A stretch of 64,000 nt of DNA. Origin: Thermomonas sp. GTDB taxonomy: Bacteria > Pseudomonadota > Gammaproteobacteria > Xanthomonadales > Xanthomonadaceae. The stretch covers positions 10,162 to 74,161 of the forward strand of contig NZ_JBKBPN010000008.1 in the NCBI RefSeq assembly GCF_046293095.1, read 5' to 3'. Both the position numbers and the translations under genes were made by a program. Position 1 is the stretch's first letter, and every line of letters begins with the position of its first letter. The notes beneath the pieces were generated by a model that had not been told where the DNA came from, searched no databases, and saw only the letters and a program-made list of their open reading frames with translations. Below, piece by piece: positions 1-9,879 of this stretch.

Positions 1-1782
<1,782 letters not shown>

Positions 1783-1938
1783 GCCCAGACCCGGCGTCAA
1801 ACTTGCCGTGGAGTAGCACTGGCGCCCTCGCCAAGGAGTGCCGGTAGATGGAGACGCGGACGTAGGCTTATCGGGAGGGCCGGGCTTGGGGGAACCTGGA
1901 TCATGGTTGGCATTGGAGCCAGCCGGGTTGCTGCACGG

Positions 1939-2649
1939 TTACGCGAAGTCGCGGCCTTCGCCCGCTTCCTCGAAGGTCACCCCGTCTCGGATGTGGTAGA
2001 TGCGCTTGAAAGTGGGGATGATCTTCTCGTCGTGGGTCACCACGATGACCGCGGTCTGGAAGCGATGCGCCATGTCGTTGAGCAGCCGGATGACTGCCAG
2101 CGCGCGCTGCGAATCCAGCGGCGCGGTGGGTTCGTCGGCCAGGATCACCGGTGGCCGGTTGACCAGCCCGCGCGCGATCGCCACCCGTTGCTGCTCGCCG
2201 CCGGACAGCTGCGCCGGCATCGCCCGCGCGCGGTGTTGGACATCCAGCGCGGCCAGCAGTCCCAGCGCCCGTGAGCGTGCCTCGGCGTTCGGCACGCCGG
2301 CCAGCATCGGTAACAAGGCAACATTGTCGATGACGTCTAGGAACGGGATCAGATACGGCGCCTGGAACACGAAGCCAATCTTGTCGCGGCGCAGTGCGCG
2401 CAGGTCGCGCACCTTCCAGCCGTCGTCGAAGATTACTTCGTCGCCCAGCTGCATGCGCCCGGCGGTGGGGTCGATCACCGCTCCCAGGCTTTTCAGTAGC
2501 GTGCTCTTGCCCGAGCCAGAGGGGCCTATCAGGCCCACGACTTCGCCGGGCGCGACCTGCATGTTGACGTCCTTCAGCGCCAGCACCGCGGTGTCGCCGC
2601 TGCCGTAGCGCTTGCGCAGGCCTTCGATGCGGATGCCGGTGGCGGCCAT
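1939..2649 (-). CDS. ABC transporter ATP-binding protein (MacB/LolD/DevA-like)
   Basis: Walker A GPSGSGKST, ABC signature LSGGEQQR, Walker B ILADEPT. ATG at 2647-2649 lies 2 nt from the permease stop (2652-2654). The upstream part of the 383-aa track ORF is out-of-frame read-through of the neighbouring gene. Confidence 0.9.
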   Translation of the reverse strand: MAATGIRIEGLRKRYGSGDTAVLALKDVNMQVAPGEVVGLIGPSGSGKSTLLKSLGAVIDPTAGRMQLGDEVIFDDGWKVRDLRALRRDKIGFVFQAPYLIPFLDVIDNVALLPMLAGVPNAEARSRALGLLAALDVQHRARAMPAQLSGGEQQRVAIARGLVNRPPVILADEPTAPLDSQRALAVIRLLNDMAHRFQTAVIVVTHDEKIIPTFKRIYHIRDGVTFEEAGEGRDFA

Positions 2650-2651
2650 GC

Positions 2652-3854
2652 TCAACCCCCGATCGCTTCGGCCGGATCGACCTTCAGCGCCATGCGGATG
2701 GCAATCACGCTGGACGCCACGCACAGCAGCTGCACCGCGAAGAAGCCCAGGACCGAATCGCCGGGGACCAATAGCACGTACTTGGGGAACAGCGGCGCGG
2801 CGAAGGTGGCGGTGATCTTGCCCACCACGAAGCCGATCACGCCCAGCATCAGCGCCTGCTGCAGGATCATCCAAGCGATCGTCCGGTTGCGGGTGCCGAT
2901 CAATTTGAGTACGGCGATCTCGCGGATCTTGTCCATGGTCAGGGTGTAGATGATGAAGGCGACGATGGCGGCGCTGACGGCTGCCAGGATGACCAGGAAC
3001 ATCCCGATCTGGCGAGACGAGGTGGCGATCAGCTTGCCCACCAGGATTGCTTCCATCTGCGGACGGTCGTACACGGTCAGTCGCTTCCACCGCCGGATCG
3101 GGTTGGCCACTTCGCTGGCGGCGTGGCCGGGCGCCAGCCGCACCAGCACCGCGTTGACCGTGCTGTTGCTGGCCTGCGACGCGTTCACCGCGTCCAGCAG
3201 GCCGGGCACGCTAGGACGGTTGAAGACGGGATTTTCCGCGGTTCGTCGGCGCTGCATCCGGATCGCGTCGTTGTCCTTTAGGAACTGAGCCTGCTGCGCA
3301 TCCTTCAGTGGGATAAACACCATCGGATCGCCGCTGGACGACACCAGGCGGCGGGTCAGCCCGACTACCGTGTAGCGATGTCGGCGGATGCCGAGCGTGT
3401 CTCCGAGGTGAAATCCGCTGGCGATATCGGCAACCGCTTCGTAATGGCCGCGGGTGATTTGCCGGCCCGCCACCAGGTGCGGCGGCCAGCCGGGCGTGCC
3501 GGGCCCACCGGCGGCGATGCCGACAACCATTGCGCGCACGTCGCGTTCGCCCTGCCGCACCTGCATGGTCAGGTAGGTCACGTTGGCAGCCTGGGCCACC
3601 CCGGGCAGGACATGGATGTCGCGCCACAGGTCATCCGGCAGGCTGGAGGATTCCGCGTAAGGGCCCAGGGTGTCGCGCTGCACCACCCATAGATCGGCGC
3701 CGCTGTTGTCCAGCAGCGCCTTGCCGTCGTCCACCATCCCGCGGTACACGCCGGCCATGATCAGGGTGACCCCAATCAGCAGGCCCAGGCCCATGCCAGT
3801 GAACAGGAACTTGCCCCAGGCATGCAGGATGTCGCGGCCAGCCAGGCTGATCAC
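2652..3854 (-). CDS. ABC exporter permease, FtsX/MacB/DevC-type
   Basis: 400 aa with an N-terminal TM helix, a large extracytoplasmic segment and a C-terminal multi-TM FtsX-like region. It shares a 4-nt overlap with the upstream adaptor gene and is tightly coupled to the ATPase gene. Confidence 0.85.
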   Translation of the reverse strand: MISLAGRDILHAWGKFLFTGMGLGLLIGVTLIMAGVYRGMVDDGKALLDNSGADLWVVQRDTLGPYAESSSLPDDLWRDIHVLPGVAQAANVTYLTMQVRQGERDVRAMVVGIAAGGPGTPGWPPHLVAGRQITRGHYEAVADIASGFHLGDTLGIRRHRYTVVGLTRRLVSSSGDPMVFIPLKDAQQAQFLKDNDAIRMQRRRTAENPVFNRPSVPGLLDAVNASQASNSTVNAVLVRLAPGHAASEVANPIRRWKRLTVYDRPQMEAILVGKLIATSSRQIGMFLVILAAVSAAIVAFIIYTLTMDKIREIAVLKLIGTRNRTIAWMILQQALMLGVIGFVVGKITATFAAPLFPKYVLLVPGDSVLGFFAVQLLCVASSVIAIRMALKVDPAEAIGG

Positions 3855-5002
3855 GGCGCGATGCCCCGGATTCGCTCGACAACATGGATGCGGCTGTGGG
3901 CGTTCAGCGTCTTCTCGCTGTACAGCACCACCTGTTCACCCCCGGTCAAGCCCTTGAGCACTTGAACGTTGCCATCGAGGTCGCTGCGGCCAAGCGTCAG
4001 CGGCGCGAACGCAAGGTGCCCATCGACCAGTTTCCACGCGCCGCGCTGGCCGCCCACGGTGCGGAGGGCGGCATTGGGGATGACGGGCATGGAGGCCTGC
4101 GTCGGCAGGCTGACTGTCACTTCTGCCAATTCCCCGAGTGGCGGCAGCGGCGATGGCAGGCGGGTGAACACGATCTTGGCGCGGGTTTCCTCGGTTACGG
4201 CGTCGGCCATCGGTTCGGTACGCAGCACGTGGCCGTCGTGTGCATGGTTTTGGTCGGAGCGCAGGGTGATCCGAGCCGGTAGGCCTGCGGCAAGGCCGCC
4301 GGCGGCGATCTGGTCGAAGCGGGCATCGATCCACAGGCTGCCCGGGTCGATGACCTCCACGACTGCTTGCCCAGCTACCAGAGTGGTGCCAGGGTCGGCG
4401 TTGCGCGCCACCACGAGACCGTCCACCGGCGCCACCAGCGCCAGATTGGCCCGCTGTGCCTGCACCGCATCGCGTTCGGACTGCAAGCGTCGGACGTCGT
4501 CACGCGCGGCATTCAAGGCGGCAATGGCCACGTCCAGCTCCTGCTTGCGTGCCGACGCCGTTTCCACACTGACCAATTGTTGCTGCGCCAGTTGCATGTA
4601 GCGCTCCGCCTGCGCCTGCGCATAACGCTGACGTGCTTGTGCCTGCTGCAAGGCGGATTGCGCGCTGGCGATGGCGGCCTGCTGCGCGTCCAACCGGTTG
4701 TCCAGATCCACTGGAGCCATCATGCCCAGTACTTGTCCGGCCTTGACCGCATCACCCACCTGCACGTCCAGCCGCTGTAGCCGTCCGGTATACGTTGGCC
4801 CAATCTCATGGCTGTAGCGCGCCTGCACGGCACCGATGCCGTACAGCGCCGGGGTGATGTTGCGCGAGGCTACGTTGACGGTGGTGACTTCTATTGGCGT
4901 CAGCGGGCCGGAGCGCACTGCGACATAGGCGAACAGCAACACCAGTGGGACCATCGCTGCCAGCAGCATCACTGTGCGTCTGGAAATGGCGGGCAGACTC
5001 AT
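3851..5002 (-). CDS. HlyD-family periplasmic adaptor (membrane fusion protein)
   Basis: N-terminal TM anchor, a long Ala/Gln-rich coiled-coil (QQAAIASAQSALQQAQARQRYAQAQ...) and C-terminal beta domains. It overlaps both the TetR gene and the permease gene by 4 nt. Confidence 0.85.
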   Translation of the reverse strand: MSLPAISRRTVMLLAAMVPLVLLFAYVAVRSGPLTPIEVTTVNVASRNITPALYGIGAVQARYSHEIGPTYTGRLQRLDVQVGDAVKAGQVLGMMAPVDLDNRLDAQQAAIASAQSALQQAQARQRYAQAQAERYMQLAQQQLVSVETASARKQELDVAIAALNAARDDVRRLQSERDAVQAQRANLALVAPVDGLVVARNADPGTTLVAGQAVVEVIDPGSLWIDARFDQIAAGGLAAGLPARITLRSDQNHAHDGHVLRTEPMADAVTEETRAKIVFTRLPSPLPPLGELAEVTVSLPTQASMPVIPNAALRTVGGQRGAWKLVDGHLAFAPLTLGRSDLDGNVQVLKGLTGGEQVVLYSEKTLNAHSRIHVVERIRGIAP

Positions 5003-5607
5003 GGCTGGCTCCGGATACCGCGGTGATAGATGGCAAAGACCCCCGGCGCGTCGTGATGCATGCGCATCACGTCGCCGGCGATTAACGACTGCATCACCAG
5101 CCCCTGCACGGAGCCGATGAACAGGGTGGCGGCGGCGTCCACGTCCAGCGAAGGGTCGAGTTCTTGCCGTGCGATGCCGGCTGCCAGATACCCGCGCAGG
5201 CGCTGTGCGTAGCCCTGGATCAGGGCCTGCGCAATGCGCTTGGGAAGGGTGGCATCGGGGCGCTGCAGCTCGCCAAACAGCATCCGTGGCACGCCCGGGT
5301 GGCGGGCAACGAAGCCGACATGGGCCATGAACATTGCCTCCAGCGCGGCCAGCGGAGTGGTAGCCGACGCCGCGGCTTGGTCCAGCTGCGCGAGCAGACG
5401 CTCGCTAACCCAGCCCAGCACGGCCTCGAGGATCGCGTCCTTGTTGGGGAAGTGCCGGAACAGCGCGCTCTGGGTTAGGCCCATGCGCTGGGCGATGGCG
5501 GCAGTGGTGATGTCGCCGGGGTTCTGCTCGGCGGCCAGTTCGATCACGGCTTCCACTGTGGCGGCGCGACGCTCGTCGGCGGGCAGTGGGCGGGTGCGCG
5601 AGCTCAT
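4999..5607 (-). CDS. TetR/AcrR-family transcriptional regulator
   Basis: N-terminal HTH (TTAAIAQRMGLTQSALFRHFPNKDAIL) is typical of TetR. It is the first gene of the exporter operon, and a palindromic operator lies directly upstream. Confidence 0.9.
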   Translation of the reverse strand: MSSRTRPLPADERRAATVEAVIELAAEQNPGDITTAAIAQRMGLTQSALFRHFPNKDAILEAVLGWVSERLLAQLDQAAASATTPLAALEAMFMAHVGFVARHPGVPRMLFGELQRPDATLPKRIAQALIQGYAQRLRGYLAAGIARQELDPSLDVDAAATLFIGSVQGLVMQSLIAGDVMRMHHDAPGVFAIYHRGIRSQP

Positions 5608-5618
5608 CGGGAGTTCCG

Positions 5619-5646
5619 AATAGTGAGTAATTAATCACTCACTATT
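5619..5646. promoter_or_regulatory. candidate TetR operator (28-bp near-perfect palindrome)
   Basis: AATAGTGAGTAATTAATCACTCACTATT is self-complementary at 26 of 28 positions (my count). It starts 12 nt upstream of the TetR start codon. Confidence 0.7.
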
Positions 5647-5706
5647 TTGGACATCTTCTTTCCTCTGCGCAAGGGGCCCACCCAACAGTGAATCCCGACC
5701 GCCAAC

Positions 5707-5735
5707 ACAAAAGGCCCGGCAGTGCAGCCGGGCCT
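5707..5735 (-). terminator. rho-independent terminator downstream of btuB
   Basis: On the minus strand, GGCCCGGCTGCACTGCCGGGCC forms a hairpin followed by TTTTGTG, about 40 nt after the btuB stop. Confidence 0.75.
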
Positions 5736-5776
5736 GGTGCATCCCTGCACGCGCCTTGCGGTGTCGCGTCGTTACC

Positions 5777-7660
5777 TCAGTCTGGCTGCCAGCGCAGGCT
5801 GAGGGTGTACTCGCGGCCGGGCTGGTTGTACCAGGCGCTGGTTTCGTAGCGCTTGTCCAGGGCGTTGACCATATTCGCCTGCAGCGTCCAGCCGGGCGAG
5901 AACCGCCACGACACGCGCGCGTCCAGCGTGCCGTAACCGCCCACCCGCAGGGTATTGGCGACGTCGTCCCAGCGGGCGGCCTCGGCAATGCCGGTGACGC
6001 CAACGGTGACATCGCCGAGGCGACGTTCGAGCGTCAGCCGGGCGCTGCGCCCGGGGCGACGCGGCAGGGCCTTGCCGTGGTGGGCGCCGGCGCTCTCGTT
6101 GCGGGTCTGCAGCCAGCCCAGCTGACCGCGCGCGGTCCAGTCGTCCAGCTGCCACTCGCCGGTCAACTCCAGGCCGCGGATGCGCGCGCTGTCCAGGTTG
6201 CCGGGCTTGCCCAGCGCGGCATCGTAGGCGATCAGGTCACGCACGCGGGTCTGGTAGGCATTGGCCTGCACCTGCCAGCCGGCGCCGCTGCGCGCCAGTT
6301 CAAGCTCGCTGCTGCGCGCGACTTCCGGGCGCAGCAGCGGGTTGCTGAAGCCGGGGTAATACAGCTCGTTGAAGGTCGGCGCCTTGAACGCGGTGCCGTG
6401 GCTGGCGCTCACCCGCCAGCCGGCGGGCAGCATCATGCCCCAGGCCAGCGTGCCGGTGGTGTGGCTGCCGAACTGGTCGTTGTCGTCGCGGCGCAGGCTC
6501 AGTTGGAGGTCGTGCGCTCCGAAATCCCCTTGATACTGCGCGAACAGCGCGCGGTTGCCGCGGGTGCGCGCGAATGGCGACCAAGGATCGACCACGTTGG
6601 CGGCGTCGCGCAGCCAGTCGAAACCGACGCTCAGCAGTTGGCCTTTCGCCACGCCGATGTCGCCCTGCAGGCTCGCGCTGTCGCGTGTGGTCGTGTAGCG
6701 GTTGGCGAAGGTATTGCCGATGTAGTTGTCGGAATCGTCGGTGTTGCGGCCGGCGGCCAGCTTCAGTTGCACGGTGTCGGATGGCGACCAGCGCACGCTA
6801 CCGCCCACGGTTTGCTGGACGATGTCGGAGTTGTCCACGTAATCGCCGTCGTAGTCGTTGTGGCCTTCGGCGCGGAAGGCATGGGCGTCCAGCTGCCAGC
6901 CGTCGGCCGGGGCGAAATCGGCGCGCAGGCTGGCGCTGCGGTTGCGGTAGCCGTCGCGGTCGAGGTGGGTGCCCGGCACGATGAAGCAGCCGGCGCCCTG
7001 CCAGGTGAGCGGGTCGTAGAACCCGGAGCAGGCATTGATGCCGTCGGTGCGCTGGTAGGCCATGTCCACGCCCACCCCGCCGCGTGCACCGCGCAGGTCA
7101 ACGCCGGCAGAGGCTTCGCGCAGGCCGTGGCTGCCGGCGGCGATGCGGGCACGAGCCTGTTCGCCCTGGCCTTCGCCGCGACGGGTGAAGATCTGGATCA
7201 CGCCGCCGATGGCGTCGGCGCCATACAGCGAGGAGCGCGGCCCGCGCACGATCTCGATGTGGTCGATCAGTGCCAGCGGGATGTCCTGCAGCGACGCCAG
7301 CCCGGAGGTGGGCGAGCCGATCCGCACGCCGTCCACCAGCACCAGGGTGTGGTCGGACTCGGTGCCGCGCATGAACAGGGTGCTCAGCTTGCCCAGCCCG
7401 CCCTGGTTGACGAGGGTGATGCCGGCGCGGCCGCGCAGCAGTTCCGGCAGCGAGTGGGCGCCGCTGGCGTCGATCTGGGCACGATCGATCACCTCCACGG
7501 CGGCCAGCGCGTCGTCCACGCTGATCGGGGTGCGGGTGGCGGTAACGATGAGGCGATCCAGCGTCTTGGCGTCGTCGGCACGGGCCGACAGCGGCAGCGC
7601 CGCAGCCAGCGCGAGCGCAAGAGGGGCAACAGACAGCGGATGCAGGACAGCAGGTTTCAT
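5777..7660 (-). CDS. btuB: TonB-dependent outer-membrane receptor, vitamin B12 type
   Basis: Signal peptide, TonB box (DRLIVTATR), plug motifs (FMRGTESDHTLVLVDGVRI; IEIVRGPRSSLYGADAIGGVIQI) and a long beta-barrel. A cobalamin riboswitch lies in its 5' leader. Confidence 0.9.
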   Translation of the reverse strand: MKPAVLHPLSVAPLALALAAALPLSARADDAKTLDRLIVTATRTPISVDDALAAVEVIDRAQIDASGAHSLPELLRGRAGITLVNQGGLGKLSTLFMRGTESDHTLVLVDGVRIGSPTSGLASLQDIPLALIDHIEIVRGPRSSLYGADAIGGVIQIFTRRGEGQGEQARARIAAGSHGLREASAGVDLRGARGGVGVDMAYQRTDGINACSGFYDPLTWQGAGCFIVPGTHLDRDGYRNRSASLRADFAPADGWQLDAHAFRAEGHNDYDGDYVDNSDIVQQTVGGSVRWSPSDTVQLKLAAGRNTDDSDNYIGNTFANRYTTTRDSASLQGDIGVAKGQLLSVGFDWLRDAANVVDPWSPFARTRGNRALFAQYQGDFGAHDLQLSLRRDDNDQFGSHTTGTLAWGMMLPAGWRVSASHGTAFKAPTFNELYYPGFSNPLLRPEVARSSELELARSGAGWQVQANAYQTRVRDLIAYDAALGKPGNLDSARIRGLELTGEWQLDDWTARGQLGWLQTRNESAGAHHGKALPRRPGRSARLTLERRLGDVTVGVTGIAEAARWDDVANTLRVGGYGTLDARVSWRFSPGWTLQANMVNALDKRYETSAWYNQPGREYTLSLRWQPD

Positions 7661-7799
7661 GAAGTTGAACTCCGGCGCGCACGCCCGCGCGCCCTGGGGT
7701 GGTGGGCGATGGCAGTGCGGAGGAGACAGGCACGGACGGACGCGGGCGGCATGGCGCGCACGCGAGACCGCGCGATGCCCTCCGCATCGCCACCAGACG

Positions 7800-8000
7800 T
7801 GCCTGGGGCCGGTCTCCGGGCTTGCGCGCGGAACATCACGGGGATGTTCCCCGCCAGCGCCTTCCCATGCGGATGCACAGTGGCCGATGCTGGCGTCGTC
7901 ACGCTTACCGTTGCGGGGGCAGCGCCGGACTGGGGGCGCATGTGCGCCTCGTCACCGGCTTCCCGTTTCAACCCGGCGGCGTTGCCACCGGGTCACCTCA
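7800..8000 (-). promoter_or_regulatory. cobalamin (B12) riboswitch
   Basis: The minus-strand reading contains AAACGGGAAGCCGGTGA, GCTGCCCCCGCAACGGTAAGCG, GCCACTG, GGGAAGGCG and the B12 box AGCCCGGAGACCGGCC, in the canonical order, upstream of btuB. Confidence 0.9.
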
Positions 8001-8072
8001 AGCGCGCTTAGTGTAGCGGGTTGGCCGCTGGGTTCGCTTGCCCTGGATCAAGCGTTTCTGTCGCCACTGCGC

Positions 8073-8447
8073 TCAATCATCCGGGCCGCCGCTGCCGCGG
8101 TCGTCGTCGAACAGCGCGAAAGTCGGCGCGGCGGGCTCGTCGTGGTGGGTGGTGGTGACCGGTGCCGCGGTGGGCCGCCCACGTGGCGGCGGGAGCAGGG
8201 CGATTGCCGCTTCGGCCGCCTGCACCAGCTCGGTGCGCCGCGATTCCGGGACCTCCTGCCAGTGGCAGTCGGTGAGCGCGCCTTCCAGCGCGTACAACAG
8301 GTTCAGGCTGGGCTTGAAGCCGGCCCGGCGGACCTTCATGTAGGCGCCGACCGCACCGGCACTGGCCAGGTCGTCCAGCGTGCGCAACCCGACCTGGCGC
8401 AACCAGGCGGCGGACTTCGGTCCGATGTTGCGCAGCTTTGTGCTCAT
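8073..8447 (-). CDS. TfoX/Sxy C-terminal-domain protein
   Basis: The 124-aa sequence LRNIGPKSAAWLRQVGLRTLDDL...GAVGAYMKVRRAGFKPSLNLLYALEGAL matches the TfoX_C helix-hairpin-helix domain as I remember it. Confidence 0.7.
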   Translation of the reverse strand: MSTKLRNIGPKSAAWLRQVGLRTLDDLASAGAVGAYMKVRRAGFKPSLNLLYALEGALTDCHWQEVPESRRTELVQAAEAAIALLPPPRGRPTAAPVTTTHHDEPAAPTFALFDDDRGSGGPDD

Positions 8448-8929
8448 CCCAGCGCGGCCAGAAACGCGCCGGCGATGGCTTCGAGGCCCTGCTGGTCGTC
8501 CGCGTCGAAGCGCGCCGGCAGTGGGCTGTCGAGGTCGAACACGCCGATCAGCGTGTCGCCCTGGTACAGCGGCACCACCAGCTCCGAACGGCTGGCCGAA
8601 TCGCAGGCGATGTGGCCAGGGAAGGCGTGCACGTCGTCCACCCGTTGGGTCTGCCGAGTGCGCGCGGCGGCGCCGCAGACGCCTTTGTCCAGCGGGATGC
8701 GCACGCAGGCCGGCAGCCCCTGGAAGGGCCCGACCACCAGCTCAGTGCCGTCGAAGAAGTAGAAGCCCACCCAATTGAGGTCAGGCAGGGCGTGATACAC
8801 CAGCGCCGACAGGTTGGCGGCGTTGGCGATGCGGTCGCGCTCGTCGTGGAGCAGGGCGCGCGTCTGCTCCAGCAGTTGCGCGTAGCGTTCCGGCTTGGTG
8901 CCGGTCAGGGGCGTGGCGGAAAAACTCAT
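8444..8929 (-). CDS. GAF-domain protein (free methionine-R-sulfoxide reductase-like)
   Basis: MSFSATPLTG...NWVGFYFFDGTELVVGPFQGLPACVRIPLDKGVCG...VDDVHAFPGHIACDSASRSELVVPL is the YebR/MsrC-type GAF pattern. I chose the internal ATG at 8927-8929, because the 46 codons upstream in the track ORF look non-coding. Confidence 0.75.
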   Translation of the reverse strand: MSFSATPLTGTKPERYAQLLEQTRALLHDERDRIANAANLSALVYHALPDLNWVGFYFFDGTELVVGPFQGLPACVRIPLDKGVCGAAARTRQTQRVDDVHAFPGHIACDSASRSELVVPLYQGDTLIGVFDLDSPLPARFDADDQQGLEAIAGAFLAALG

Positions 8930-9110
8930 GGCCCCAGTGTAGCAATGCCGGCGCGGCCATTGCCGCGCCCGGCAGATGGCCGGGCGCGATCCACGCGCAT
9001 CCAGCGTTTGTGTGATCGATGCGTGGCCGGCCATCCGTGGCCGACGTGAATTTCCGAATGGTTCCAAGATTCCTTAACATCGCGCTCCTCCCCAGCGCCT
9101 GGAACGTCCC

Positions 9111-9788
9111 ATGCCATCGTTCTATGTCACCGGCACCGACACCGGCATCGGCAAGACCTTTTCCAGCTGCGCGCTGCTGCACACGCTGCGCGGCCGGGGG
9201 CTGCGCGCGGCCGGGATGAAGCCGGTGGCAAGCGGCTGTACGCGCATCGGCGGCGCCTGGCGCAACGAGGACGCGCTGGCGCTGCAGGCGGCCGGCGAAC
9301 CCGGGATCGCCTACGCGGACATCAATCCGTTCGCGCTGGAGCATCCGCTGGCCCCCGAACTGGCCGCCCGCGATGCCGGTATCGAGGTGACGCTGCCGCC
9401 GATTCTCAACGCGCATGCCCGCCTATCGACGCAGGCCGATGCGCTGGTGGTGGAAGGCGTGGGCGGCTGGGCGGCGCCGCTGTCGGCCACGCTGATGCAA
9501 GCGGATCTGGTGCGCGCCCTGCAGCTGCCGGTGGTGCTGGTGGTCGGGTTGCGGCTGGGCTGCATCAACCACGCGCTGCTGAGCGCGCGGGCGATCGCCG
9601 CCGACGGGTTGACCCTGGCCGGCTGGATCGGCTCGCATATCGACCCCGTGATGGCGCGCGTCGAGGACAACATCGCGATGCTGCGCGAACGCCTCGTGGC
9701 GCCGTGCTGGGGCGTGCTGCCGCATGTGCCGGGCGGCGATCCGGCCGCGCTGGCGGCCCATCTGCAGGTGCCGGCATCACTGGAATAA
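9111..9788 (+). CDS. bioD: dethiobiotin synthase
   Basis: N-terminal P-loop FYVTGTDTGIGKT, a conserved KPVASG motif and a length of 225 aa. Confidence 0.9.
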   Translation: MPSFYVTGTDTGIGKTFSSCALLHTLRGRGLRAAGMKPVASGCTRIGGAWRNEDALALQAAGEPGIAYADINPFALEHPLAPELAARDAGIEVTLPPILNAHARLSTQADALVVEGVGGWAAPLSATLMQADLVRALQLPVVLVVGLRLGCINHALLSARAIAADGLTLAGWIGSHIDPVMARVEDNIAMLRERLVAPCWGVLPHVPGGDPAALAAHLQVPASLE

Positions 9789-9830
9789 CGCACCGTCCGC
9801 GACGGCATCCGTCGCGTCGGTCATCGCAAA

Positions 9831-9860
9831 GAAAACGCCCGGGTTGCCCCGGGCGTTTTC
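9831..9860. terminator. bidirectional hairpin terminator between convergent bioD and RND genes
   Basis: GAAAACGCCCGGGTTGCCCCGGGCGTTTTC has a GC-rich stem with an A-run on one side and a T-run on the other. Confidence 0.7.
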
Positions 9861-9879
9861 GCGTTGCAGCGGCAGGCGG

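Noticed and set aside
1783-1938. A possible Tn7/CAST attachment site and insertion downstream of glmS.
   Set aside because: glmS is followed directly by a convergent ABC-exporter operon. I see no Tn7-like end repeats, no tnsABCD genes and no CRISPR-associated genes.
5756-8011. A 751-aa plus-strand ORF, along with similar very long ORFs at 9724-11493, 11512-14493, 36464-37888, 39682-41997, 41928-43355, 45014-48328, 25915-27198(-), 28922-30193(-), 19392-20372(-) and 33490-34446(-).
   Set aside because: All lie antisense to, or out of frame with, genes that have clear family signatures. Their translations are Arg/Ala/Gly/Pro-rich low-complexity sequence, typical of stop-codon-poor shadow frames in high-GC DNA.
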